NCBI GenBank assembly: GCA_012295275.1
Contig: CM022673.1
Location: forward strand, 18,910,001 to 18,974,000
Direction of reading: 5' to 3'
Length of the DNA stretch: 64,000 bases
From: Chrysomallon squamiferum
Lineage: Eukaryota; Animalia; Mollusca
Both the position numbers and the translations under genes were made by a program. A model generated the notes under the pieces. That model was given only the letters and a program-made list of their open reading frames with translations, had not been told where the DNA came from and made no database searches. Below are positions 37,033 to 50,100 of the stretch, piece after piece (position 1 is the stretch's first letter; every line of letters begins with the position of its first letter).

Positions 37033-40000
37033 ATGCCAGCAGTTAAAGGAGATGGAATGAGAGGCCTTGCAGTTTTCATATCTGATATTCGAAACTGTAA
37101 GTACTGGATAATAATATTTTTCAAGGTTTTTTAGGGGGGTTTTTTTTGCATTGCAATTTCAATATATTTTCATATGGTGATTTTTTAATTTAATTATTAT
37201 TATTATTTATTTATTTTTTCGTGCTTTGAAATATCATGGATTATGATGATATAAATGCATACATTTAAAAAATTTTAAATTTTCTTATTAAAAACTATGC
37301 AGAAATTATAAAATGGGTTTTAATAGATCCTTTAAATACATTTTTAAAATGAAGAGGGATGTTTCACTGTACTTCAAGTTTTATAAGAACATAACCTAAT
37401 CTTTTGAACACTTCAGGTGAAATATATCAGTTAGTATATCATTCTGTATGTGTACTTTGGAACCATATAATAAAAGAAAATTACAATGTATTGGAGTGAA
37501 AGTACTGGCCAATAGACCCCAGAAGCACATATGTAAATAAATATTTTATAGATTATTTTGCATGACTTTAAACATTAGCAATTTTGTCACTAATGGGTGA
37601 AAGATTCCCACAGTAATATTAAACTATAATCACTAACTCAGATGTTAATATTTTCAAAATACTTTTCTTTAAATCTGTTAAAAGTTAATTTATTTTTTAT
37701 ACTCTGATGTAATTATTTGTTGCTGAATATAAACTTGTTAATAATTGCATAGCATAAAAAAATAACAAACCTTCAAAGCTGACATAGGCTGTAAAATTTC
37801 TTGGTCATTGTGGTAGTAATAAAAAATATAATTGTAAACTTTCAATTAAAATTCCAGTGTTTTTGTGTATTTATGTTTTAACTTCATAATTTAATTTCTT
37901 TGATGTCAACAATGATGTTTATATTTTATTGTTAAATGTTAATTTAAATTAGTTGCTCCTGTGTTTGGTATCAGTTATTTAGTAACAAATAAATTGGTTC
38001 CCATATCAGAATCCTAAATGGAACATAATTTTAAAATGATAGCAAATTTTATGTGGTCTGAAAAATAGCTGAATTTACTTTATTGATTTCATATTAAAAA
38101 AAGTATGAGAAGATACCAAAATTAATGTATATTTTTATTTAATTTTATTTTAATTCTTTTTTTTTATTTAATTTTTTGTAAAGCATAAATATTTTTATTT
38201 TATTTTATTTTTTGTAAAGCATAAATATTGAACATTTTATATAAACTTGTATTCTTTACAGTCTGACTAAATGAATATTTAATTAGATTTTAAGGTAAAT
38301 TAGAAAGGCATAACTGTTTTTATGTGTAATGTATCAAAAGCAGTTTCATAAATTTTTTATGTATTCAGGAATAACTAAATACTTTAAAAAAATTACAAAG
38401 AAATTTTCAGAAAAAAGCATCAAGTATATTATTCTGAATGCTATTCTTTAACAGACTATTAATGATAATATAATACTTTTTATACTCATTATTTTAATTT
38501 TTGTTGTAACGTATTGCTATTCATACAGATGTGCATGCAGTTCAGTAATATATTTATAAATAATTCTGCCTGCCATTTGCTTTACATGTGCCATATATGT
38601 GAGCCACAGAGATGTTATTCACTGTATTGATCAGTCCAGCCTAAATCCACAATTCCTATGTAGTTCAGTGCAGGATAAAATATTGACCAATTTCCCTTGT
38701 TCACAGTTTGTGAAATCTTGCAAAATGTCACACAACTCCTGGTTTCTTATTCTTTTGATTAAAATAACTGGTTTACTGTTTGTAAATTATTATCTTATTT
38801 TGGGAACTGTTAATGTATCTTTGTGGGTAAATGAAACAACAGTTTGTCTTTATTATTTAACCTTTCATATTTGTATTAAGGTCAGAGGGAATATGATAGT
38901 TTTTTCTCCAGTTTCAGAGACAGGGAAAAGATACAACAAAAATCAATACTCATTTGGGGATGTAATTTATTAGGGTTAATTATATAAACTGAAATATTGC
39001 TTTGGTACTGGTTTAATCAGTGGTAATTAAAAACCTGCTAGGTCTTTGATATTGGTTTTAGCTGATAAAATGGTCTTCACCTTAAATTAAAGCTTAAAGC
39101 AGTTTTGGTAAATGAAGCTGAATTATATGGACATAATTATAACTTGTAATTTATAAATCAACTGAAAACTGTAAGGTAATACTGTTACCAGTATACCAGG
39201 AAAATATTGTAATTGTTATACAAGTACAGCAAGTAATTAATTAGGGGAAACCTCGTATGTATATCATTTGGGGATGTAATTTATTAGGGTTAATTATATA
39301 AACTGAAATATTGCTTTGGTACTGGTTTAATCAGTGGTAATTAAAAACCTGCTAGGTCTTTGATATTGGTTTTAGCTGATAAAATGGTCTTCACCTTAAA
39401 TTAAAGCTTAAAGCAGTTTTGGTAAATGAAGCTGAATTATATGGACATAATTATAACTTGTAATTTATAAATCAACTGAAAACTGTAAGGTAATACTGTT
39501 ACCAGTATACCAGGAAAATATTGTAATTGTTATACAAGTACAGCAAGTAATTAATTAGGGGAAACCTCGTATGTATATCATGTTTTTAATTTTTAGATTT
39601 AATATAACCAACACAAAAAAGCTATTTCATAATTGTAGCTTTAATTTTCTCCAGTAAAGCAAAGTAAAAATGAAAAAATCTTGCATTTTGTTTACTTGGA
39701 AAATTTTCTTTGATTATTACAATTACCTACAGTCTGAAGTAAATCACTTTTCATCCAGGGATCATGAAAAATACAAAACAGTCAGCATTCTTTTAAAAAA
39801 CAAACAAAAAATACAACCAAACTGGAGTACCTAAAGGGCATTTTCGTTATTTTTATCCTGCATTCATAAGCAGTACATGGTATTTCAGATTATAGTACTA
39901 TAACCTCATTTAAAAAAAAAAGGTGTGTAATCAATAGTAATATGAACCAGCAAAAAAGTTGGTCTTATGGTAAAATAATGCTAATTTTAACCTTCATCAG

Positions 40001-43000
40001 TTAATGTGAATTTATCAGTTGTTTCCTTTCAAGATCTAAAATACCTGTCTTACAAAAAAACTCTAATAAGTTTATACATAAATGTATAGAAATTCTAACT
40101 GGATTTGTTTTTATGTTTGACAAATTTGTATGAAACTATTATTAATAAAAAACATATATATATATATATTACTTTCAAGATTATATTGAAAATTTAGATG
40201 TTTAGAAATATTCTTGCTCAGAGGAAACCAGCACTTTCAACTCTGTACAAATAGCTGATAATCTGCACAATTCTGTGCCACTAAATTTGCCTCATCTTGC
40301 ATATTTTGTCAGTATTATTGGTGAAAAATCAGATTTTACAACTGTCCTTAAAATATCCATGTAAATACACTATTATAACAGAAATATGTATAAACTAAAT
40401 TACCTTACTGTGCTTGCCATTTGGAAATCAGACCTACAAATCAAGAGAATTTGATAACCTTTCTGCAAATTCTATGGGATTTCATAGTAAGTAACATTTT
40501 GATATTTTTGCAGGCAAAAGCAAGGAAGCTGAAATAAAACGGATAAATAAGGAACTGGCAAACGTCAGAAATAAATTCAAAGGTATGCATACATATATAT
40601 ATATATATATATTATTTTTTTTGCTATTTTTATAGATGTAATATTATTCAAAACAGAAGTTATAAAAGTTAAATGAAAATAGTAAATACTTACAGCACCC
40701 CAAAAAAGTTAAAACAGAAAAAAGGAAGTAAAATTAAAAATTACATGTTGGTAACAAAATCTTGTATATTAAATCTAGTTCTGAAATATTTTATTCCAGG
40801 AGATAAAACTCTAGATGGCTATCAAAAGAAGAAATATGTGTGCAAACTTTTGTTTATCTTTTTGCTGGGTCATGACATTGACTTTGGCCACATGGAGGCA
40901 GTTAACCTACTCAGTTCTAACAAATACACAGAAAAACAAATTGTAAGTTTTGAGAATTTTTTTTTTTTTTAATACTTTGTTTCAGTTCTTAATTAAAATA
41001 TGCAAATCAACAATTGGCTTTGTACTATCATTATTTGTATTTGATTAATCAGCTGTTTATTGTAGATATCAGTCTCAAACAAAACATTGATCACTGTATT
41101 TGATATCTATTATCTTGGAATATTATTTAGACTAGATCCATTATACTCTATTGAACAGACCATCACCCAAAATGGAGAATGTATTATCACCTTTACGAAC
41201 TGCCTATTTTAAAGAAAGATTCAGTTTCTCTTTTGTTCTCAGATAATACTGTTTGTTTTATATGAATGGACACACCTTTCAGAAGTAGATAAGATGAAGG
41301 AAGGATTATTATCATGAGTCCAATAAATTATTTTTATGCTGCTTATGTTTACAGGGATACCTATTTATTTCTGTGCTTGTTGGTGCCAGCAGTGACTTGA
41401 TGAAACTGGTTATACAGTCTATAAAAAATGATCTCGGTAGCCGTAATCCAATTCACGTCAATCTTGCTCTGCAGTGTGTAGCTAACATTGGCAGTCGTGA
41501 CATGGCAGAGACATTGTGTACTGACATCCCTCGACTCCTTGTCTCGGGGTAATTCTCTGAAATACTTCATTGTGTCAATTCTAGTTTTTCAATTGTATAA
41601 TTTAAATAAAAAATGCATAGTAGTACTGAATAGAGAATACAGATATTTTTTTTATCTACAGTATAATTTATTAAACAGATATTAATAAAGCAAAAAAAGG
41701 AATGTGCCTGGCAAGTTTATTTGGACAAAGTTGATGTTAAAAAGATTTATTTTTAATTACCAGGGATACAATTGATGCTGTAAAACAAAGTGCTGCCCTA
41801 ACTCTGCTCAAGCTTTTACGTTCATCTCATGACTTGATACCCATGGGCGAATGGACATCAAGAATAGTTCATCTCCTCAATGACCAACATATGGTAAAGA
41901 AAACTTTGTTACAGGCAGTATTGAAGTGGCAGAATGCACAATCTAAATATATTTTGTATGCTCAATATGCTTAACCATAATATAGATTTAAAAAAAAGAA
42001 CCATAAACAGATTTTTTGTTTGTTTTGATTTTATTTTGTCTGAACAAGATTAGTTGATAATGAAAGTGGTAATAAAATGGCAAGTGTCTGCTGGAGAAAT
42101 GAGTATGTGTATCAGAAAGAAAACATATAACAGAAGATAATTTAATATGCATTATGTTACTCTGTGAAAGAGGGCTTAATAACTACAGTAACTTGATTTC
42201 ATTATAAATTCTACAATCGGACTGTAAATTATATATTACAGTAAATATTTATGTTACTTGACTGATATTATTAGTCCTATTTCTTTATGTGAAATAAAAA
42301 AGAAGAATAATCAATTATTTTTTAAGGGGGTTGTGACTTCAGCAGCAAGTTTGATAGAGGCATTGGTGAAGAAAAATCCAGAGGAATACAGAGGTTGTGT
42401 ATCATTGGCAGTTTCAAGACTTAGCAGAGTAAGAAGAATTATATTTAATGATTTGTACAGAAATTAAAAAACATTACATACTTTTTTTAAATTATAATAT
42501 TTTTATTAGGATTGAAATGAATTTGTTTTGTGTTTATTGAGTAGTCTGTTATTAAATAAGCAGGTTAATTAGTTTCATTATTTGTTTAAATCAGAACGTG
42601 GAAATTCTTTTTAACTTGTATCTCATATGTTAATGCTTAGAAGAAACATAATGGGACTGTTCTTATTTTCAGATCGTTACATCTTCATATACAGATTTAC
42701 AAGACTATACCTATTATTTTGTTCCTGCTCCATGGTTGTCAGTCAAATTACTGAGATTGTTGCAGAATTACCCTCCTCCAGGTTTGTGTTTGATAATGCT
42801 AGAAAAGATGTTTGAGTATGTACCTACATAATTATTTTAATGATAAGGCATGACTTTATCTTAGAAAGTTATAGAAAGGTAAATAAACAAAATAGCTTAT
42901 TTATTTTTATCCATGGAGAGTAAACAAATAAGTATCAAAAATGTTATTTATACCATATAAACCTTGTGAGTCTGATTACACTCCACTACTAGTTTTTGTA

Positions 43001-46000
43001 TTATGAAATGAAAGCTTTTTTCTTAATTATTTAACTAAATAATTCTTCAGAAAAATGGATATTTCTTAGATATGTTTTCTAGACTAAGCAGAATTTCATT
43101 ATTATTTGCAGAGGACCCTAGTGTGCGGACTAGATTGTCAGAATGTTTAGAAACTATTCTGAACAAAGCTCAGGAACCACCAAAATCAAAGAAAGTTCAG
43201 CATTCCAATGCAAAAAATGCTGTTTTATTTGAAGCCATCAATCTTATAATCCATATGGACAGTGATCCAAATCTTCTAGTCAGAGCCTGCAATCAGTTGG
43301 GACAGTTTCTTCAGCATAAAGAAACTAATCTTAGGTAGGTTGGCTGATGTTGCTACTGTTTTAAATCTTTAGTCACTATGAAATGTTTCTTAGATATCCC
43401 TTTAATATTCAGACTAATGGCATACAAATCAGTAGTATCAATTCTTAATACTTTGTCTAGATATATTGAATATTTTCCTAACAAATATATGATGTTATAG
43501 TGGTTCCTCTTTAGTTTCATTAGTTTAGACTTAACGTTACTGACCCCAATTTTCTTCTTGTGCCATTCTTGACATATGTATTTCTTGACATAATTTATGC
43601 TGAAATATGTAGAAGGCAGCAGCAGAAAGTAAAATTACACAGTACAAAATGGACAAAATTGGTAGTTTTTAACATCTCTTAATTCAGCTTACAGCAAAAA
43701 CTGTAGTCGTGTCTGGATCTGGAAGTGGAAATGGTATATATATGGTGGCTTATAGCACCAATGGAAAACTTATGTATTGAACTTTCCAATGATATGTGGC
43801 AAGACAGGAATAAAAGAAAAATTACCATTTTCTCTTCAAAAATGTTAAATGACGATATATTCCAACATTTCATTCAAAAGTTTATTAAATGTCCTTTTGA
43901 ATGGTGTTTTAAACCAAGCATAGTATTAACTGTGGCAGTGGCATTTTCCAGTGTAACAACTGCTACTCTAACTGATTAACAATTTTTCTGTTCAAAATGG
44001 CTTTGAGCACAAAATACACTTTATTGGCAAATTCATTTTCATTTCTTGATCAAATTCTCAGTAAGTCAGTTATTAATGTTTCTTATAAACTGTGAAAAAG
44101 ATTTGCATCATTGAAATGTAATGGATCTTAGCAAGTCAAATCCAGTAGGTCACAGAACTGATTCACTTTTAGTGTTAATTACTGAAACACATTATTATTT
44201 TTTTTAATTCAAATGATCAAAATTTTTAAAAAGTCAAGAAATTACTTGAACATATTACTGCATCCAGCAACAAAACATAGATGCATCCAGAATATGAAGG
44301 TAATTGAAAAATACAAGATCAAAATACCAGAATTAAATCACAAATGCTGTATGTGCCAAATTCACTGTTAGATAATCATGTTTTTGGATATGAAATTGTT
44401 ACAATGTTAGTTCAATATATGAAGGCTTCTAATTTATTTCTACAGTTGCATGCTACTTTATAGCTATCGTGTAAATGCCAAGCACAAACTCAACTCAGTA
44501 TTGCAGTTTAATACTATAAAAAGGAAATTTAAAAAAAAAAAGAAGATTTTTCCAATGAGTGCAACAATGACATAGCTGCTGCTCTTTAAACTAAAAACAA
44601 CAACAAATGTTAATTCTAATTAATTCTTGCTGAAACTACCTAGACTTGTTTTCTTGAAGTTTGGGGTTTTATGGTGACAAAAAATACTTAGTTGCTGTGG
44701 AATGAACATACAAGTAAAATTTACTTTAAAAAATCATAGATCAGTCATTTTGCAAGACGTGAAAAAACATTTTATAGATTTTTTTAAGCTTTTAATAAAT
44801 ACTCTGTCTGATTAAATGAATATCTCATTTTTCAATTTTTAATGCAACAGCCCACTTTTAGTGCAATGGCTCACATTTTACCTTTGGATTGAAAAGTTAA
44901 TTCTTTTGTGAGCTAGAGTGAACTTTGTCTTCTTTTTTTTTGTAATAAAATTATTATACTCAAGTATGTCATCTGAAAGATCTTGGCAAATTGTTCACAC
45001 CTAAGGTTGAATTTTTGACATCAACCAAAACTGAAGCCACTGTGTCTGTCTGCACTTGTAATCATTTTAGGAACATTCTGCTGCTTCTGTTTTGAACACA
45101 TATGGCATTTTTCAGCAAGTTATTATGAACATAAAGATAAACTTACAACTCAGCTAAAAAAATTAAGTTCATTTAACAAGATGGCCAGAGTTGCTCTTTC
45201 ATTCAATTTGCCAAAATATGGAAGAAAATGGACCAAATACTTTTGATACTGATTTGAAAGTATCTTTTGAACCATAACTGGTTTGTTTTTTGCAGCTTTC
45301 ATTTTACATTTATTTTCTTGCGTGTAATATAAAATGAAATTAATTTAAAATTAGCCTGCCAGTACCTACATGATAAAGCTGGAATTAACAATACACTAGT
45401 TAACTAAAGAAGAATTAACTTGTCTGTAATTTCAATTTTTAATATTGAAATTACTCCAACAGTTGCTTCCTGTTGCAAGATATTTAAAAAGAAATTTGAC
45501 ATCTGACAAAATTAATTTAAAACTTTTTTGAAGTTAAACAGAGTTTTTATATTTCAACTTAAATGCTTTATATTATTAAGTAAGGTGATAAGTCATTTTT
45601 TGTATTAGTGTGATAACAATGATGGTGGGTTTTTTCAGATACTTGGCATTAGAAAGTATGTGCTTATTGGCTACATCTGAATTTTCACATGAAGCTGTCA
45701 AGAAACACCAGGACACAGTAATAACTGCATTAAAAGTAAGATTATTATTTATTTCTATTTATCTGAACAACAACTCCTATCATTTCCTTTAATTCAGAAT
45801 TACAAATTAAGCAATTAACGGCAATGAATATTGCCAAAAACAGTGCAGAAAGTATTTTTTTCCCAGTGCAACCAGTGTTTCAGATGTTAAAATTGTTTTG
45901 CTTCCAGACTGAGCGTGATGTTAGTGTGAGACAAAGAGCAGTTGATTTGTTATATGCAATGTGTGACAGGACAAATGCAGAAGAAATAGTTGGAGAAATG

Positions 46001-47075
46001 TTAGAGTACCTTGAAACAGCAGACTATTCTATTAGAGAAGAAATGGTAAGAAATTTAAAAAAAATATTTTTATAAATGTTTTGTAAAAGACAATGTTATA
46101 ATTTTAAAATGGGTTTCAGTTTTTATTTCAAGAGCTAATTTTTTTTTTTTTTCAAAATTTTAGATGCTAAACCTGTTAACTAAATACACATTTTTAAATT
46201 TCATTATAAAGCAATTAGTGAATACGGTTATGCATTTTAATGACAAAAAGTTATTATTTACTAAACAAATGGCTAATTTATCTTTATTCATTTATAAACT
46301 GCTTTTTTTTTTTTTTAAATAACCGATTTAGGTTTTAAAAGTTGCCATCTTGGCTGAGAAGTATGCCATAGACTATACCTGGTATGTGGATGTCATCCTT
46401 AACCTCATCCGAATAGCAGGAGACTATGTCAGTGAAGAGGTGCACCATTTATTTAGAATAACTTTTGTTTTCATTATATTGTTACAAGTGGTAAAAATAT
46501 AACAGTTGAAGATATTATCAGAATTATTTAGTATTTTTTTGCTACAATCCTTAGTTTTCCAAATGTTTTATGAAACACCATTGAGGTTCTGTATTTTGTT
46601 TCTGCATAAATCAATTCAGAATTAATTCATTGAATGGGATTTTATTTTTGTTTTTTTTTGTTTTATTCCCTAAGGTATGGTATCGTGTAATACAGATAGT
46701 GATAAACAGAGATGATGTCCAAGGCTATGCAGCCAAGACAGTTTTTGAGGTAAAATAATTTTTTTTTTAACATTTGGATTTTTCTTTAAAGTAACTGTAT
46801 GTTGCCTTTTATTACAAATGGACTGTATTTTTGGTTCAGGTTTATTAAAATTATTTATCTTTGAAAATTTTGTTTCTTTTTGCTGCAGGCTTTGCAAGCT
46901 CCAGCATGTCATGAAAATATGGTGAAAGTTGGAGGCTATATTTTAGGTGAATTTGGAAACCTAATTGCAGGAGATCCCCGTTCAAGGTAATTCTGTATAT
47001 TTTAAATGAAATAATAATCAACTGTGTTTAGTAAATTGCTGTTAAACAAACTTTTCTTTTTCATTTACTTATCTG

Positions 47076-47106
<31 letters not shown>

Positions 47107-50100
47107 CAATTAATCAAAATATACTAATTCAGATAAAATTGTAAAATAACAAAAAAAATTGAAGATTGTGAATATCTGGAGGTATTTTTATTGCATGTGG
47201 GTGAAATGTGTTTATGATTGTTCTTGTACTAAAATCTTCTAGGTTTTAATTTCCTCTTTTCTTTTGTGTATTTCAGTCCCATTGTGCAGTTCCAGCTACT
47301 ACATTCTAAGTACCATTTATGTGGCCCTTCTACTAGAGGCCTGCTTCTCTCAACATATATAAAGTTTGTGAACCTGTTCCCAGAGATAAAACCACAAATT
47401 CAAGAAGTAAGCAGTTGGTTGTCACTGAAATTCAGACATATTTATCAGATGTTTTCTAGTAATCTCATAAGATTCTTAGGTTCCTTCTAAAATCTTAACT
47501 TTGTTTGAAATATAGTAACCTTTAATCTAACATGATTTCCCTTATAAAATGTATGTAGTCTTATATTTTGTATGATTCCCAAGAGTCATTAGTACCCATC
47601 AAAGTCCAGTCCTTAAATTTCAGGAAAATGTTCTAATTTTAATAAAAGTCTATGAAAAAACATTATTTGATATTCACTAACTTTTGACATTCATCTTTGT
47701 TGCATCAGTAATTCATTAAAATGAATATTTTGTCAAAACTTCAGTGGTGAATATGTTGTATTGATAACCACTCTTTGAGTATTCTTACTCACAATAAATA
47801 ATGAATTATATTATTGTCCCGATTTGTCCATAAAATTGTAAGTTCATAAGTAATCTTAGGGAACATTCAGAATTTTCAGACATTTATCACATCACATTAT
47901 TTGCTAGCAGTTACTTATTAATAATAATAACGCACACGCACTTATGCACACACACACATACATCTATACATACATACATACATACATACATAACAGTGGC
48001 AGGTCAATATTGTAATAACTAAATCACTAACATTTGCAATTACAATTTTTTAATTTATCATTTTTTTCCCCAGATGCTTAGAAGTGATAACAACTTAAGA
48101 AATCCAGATGTTGAATTACAGCAGAGAGCCATAGAGTATCTTCATCTTAGCTCAGTTGCCTCTCAGGATGTTCTTGTAAGTCCACTATAATGCTTTTGTT
48201 ATAATGTGCTTTATATGTATAAAATTGTATGCATTCATATAAATTGTAATTTTGAAATATAACTTTATGGTAAAGTTTTGAAATTTCTCAAACCTTTTAA
48301 AGATAATGGAATTTATTGTCTGAAAAAAATATTATGTTAATATTAATTCATGTTTGCACCAGTCAGTCAATTTTAAGAATGCAGAATGTTTTTATCTCAT
48401 TATTTATATATGAGTTACTTATTTATATGAATAGGCAACAGTATTAGAAGAAATGCCTCCTTTCCCTGAACGTGAATCCTCCATTTTGGCAAAACTAAAA
48501 AAGAAGAAGCCATCAAGCATACCTGAACAGTCAGAACAGCAGAAGGAGCATCGCCTGCCTCCTGCTCATATTGGCAACAGCACTGAACAGACAGCAGTAG
48601 CACCTTCAGTACAGGTAAATCCAAATTACATATTTTTATCAGGGTTAACATGCCTCAGCCAAAAACTAAGATTTTTCAAAATAAAAATATCAAGGAAAAC
48701 CATAATATCACATTCACACTAGAAGAAAAAATCTTTAACAAAAAATAAAATTATTTTAAGATAATAATTCAAGTCATCTTGAAATCCCAAACTGGTATTT
48801 GTATAGCAACATCAGAACTAAGAGTGCTCAGTCTGTGTGGACAGCTGTTTTGTTCATGCAAAACTGTCTTTGCATAGTACATTTTCTGTTCACACTAAGT
48901 TTGTGCAGTGCTGAATTCATCACTGATAATAAATGCAACTCACTCAATTGAGACTGCATGACATTTTTAACTAATCACTTTTGTTGTTCAGTATACACAT
49001 GCTACTGATTATGTATCAGTAACAACAGTGCTAGTAACAGTAACGATGGTAAAAGGTGTCTTTTTATTATTAGGAATTCTTTTGTCACAGAATGTCATTC
49101 AAAAGTCATTGAAAATGAACATCTAAACAGTGCATGAACCCTGTTTTATGCCACTTGAACAGACAAGTGTCAGCCAAAACTTCTTTTTCTAATTGTCGCT
49201 TTGGGTCTAAAGGAAAATAAATGTTGTTTACATAATCTGTTGGTTGTAGGACTTAGAAAATAACAAAAAAACAAAATGTATAAAATGTTCTCATATTGAA
49301 AATCTCTCCTTCAGAAGAAAAGAAAGAATCCCTGAAATTCAGACCCAGCAATTGCATTGTATTAAAAACAAATGTTGGAACATGAGTGTTACAGATTCAG
49401 TTGATGATGTGTTTTTATAGAAACACTTTGATGCAAATAATGATGGTTTTAAATGTATTTTTCTAGGTATCAGTTTCTGCAACCAATACAACAACTGGTA
49501 CTGTGGACCTTCTGGGACTGGATACAACACCAGCACCAAATCCTGCCCCTGCTGCTCCACCAGCTTCTGGATTTTTGGTAGATGTTTTTGATACCTTAGC
49601 TTCAAGTGTACCAACAGCATCAACAACAAACGGTTTAGATATTGATGGTCTCTCAGCAGTTAATAATGAGAACTTCAAAAGGTAAAACTTAACTAATAAT
49701 AATAAAAATTATAACCATTTATTTCTAGAAACATTTCCTTGATTTCAAATGTAGAAATGTGTTTAAAGTGTTTTGAATTCTGTGTATTAAATGTTGTCTA
49801 AGCATTGAATTTCCTTACTATTCATTTTATTATTTTAATATTTACTGCCTGTCTTTTGTACTGTAAAATTAAACATAAGTTTTCAAAATTAATTATTTTA
49901 TTTCATTGATCAATTTTATTTTTCAGATTTATCACCAAAAATAATGGAGTATTGTTCGAAAATGATCTTCTCCAGATTGGAGTAAAGTCAGAATATAGGC
50001 AAAACCTGGCACGAATTGGCATTTTCTATGGAAACAAAACTACATTTCAGTTCACAAGCTTCACCAGTACTCTAAGCACACCAGGCAAACTTTCATCTGG

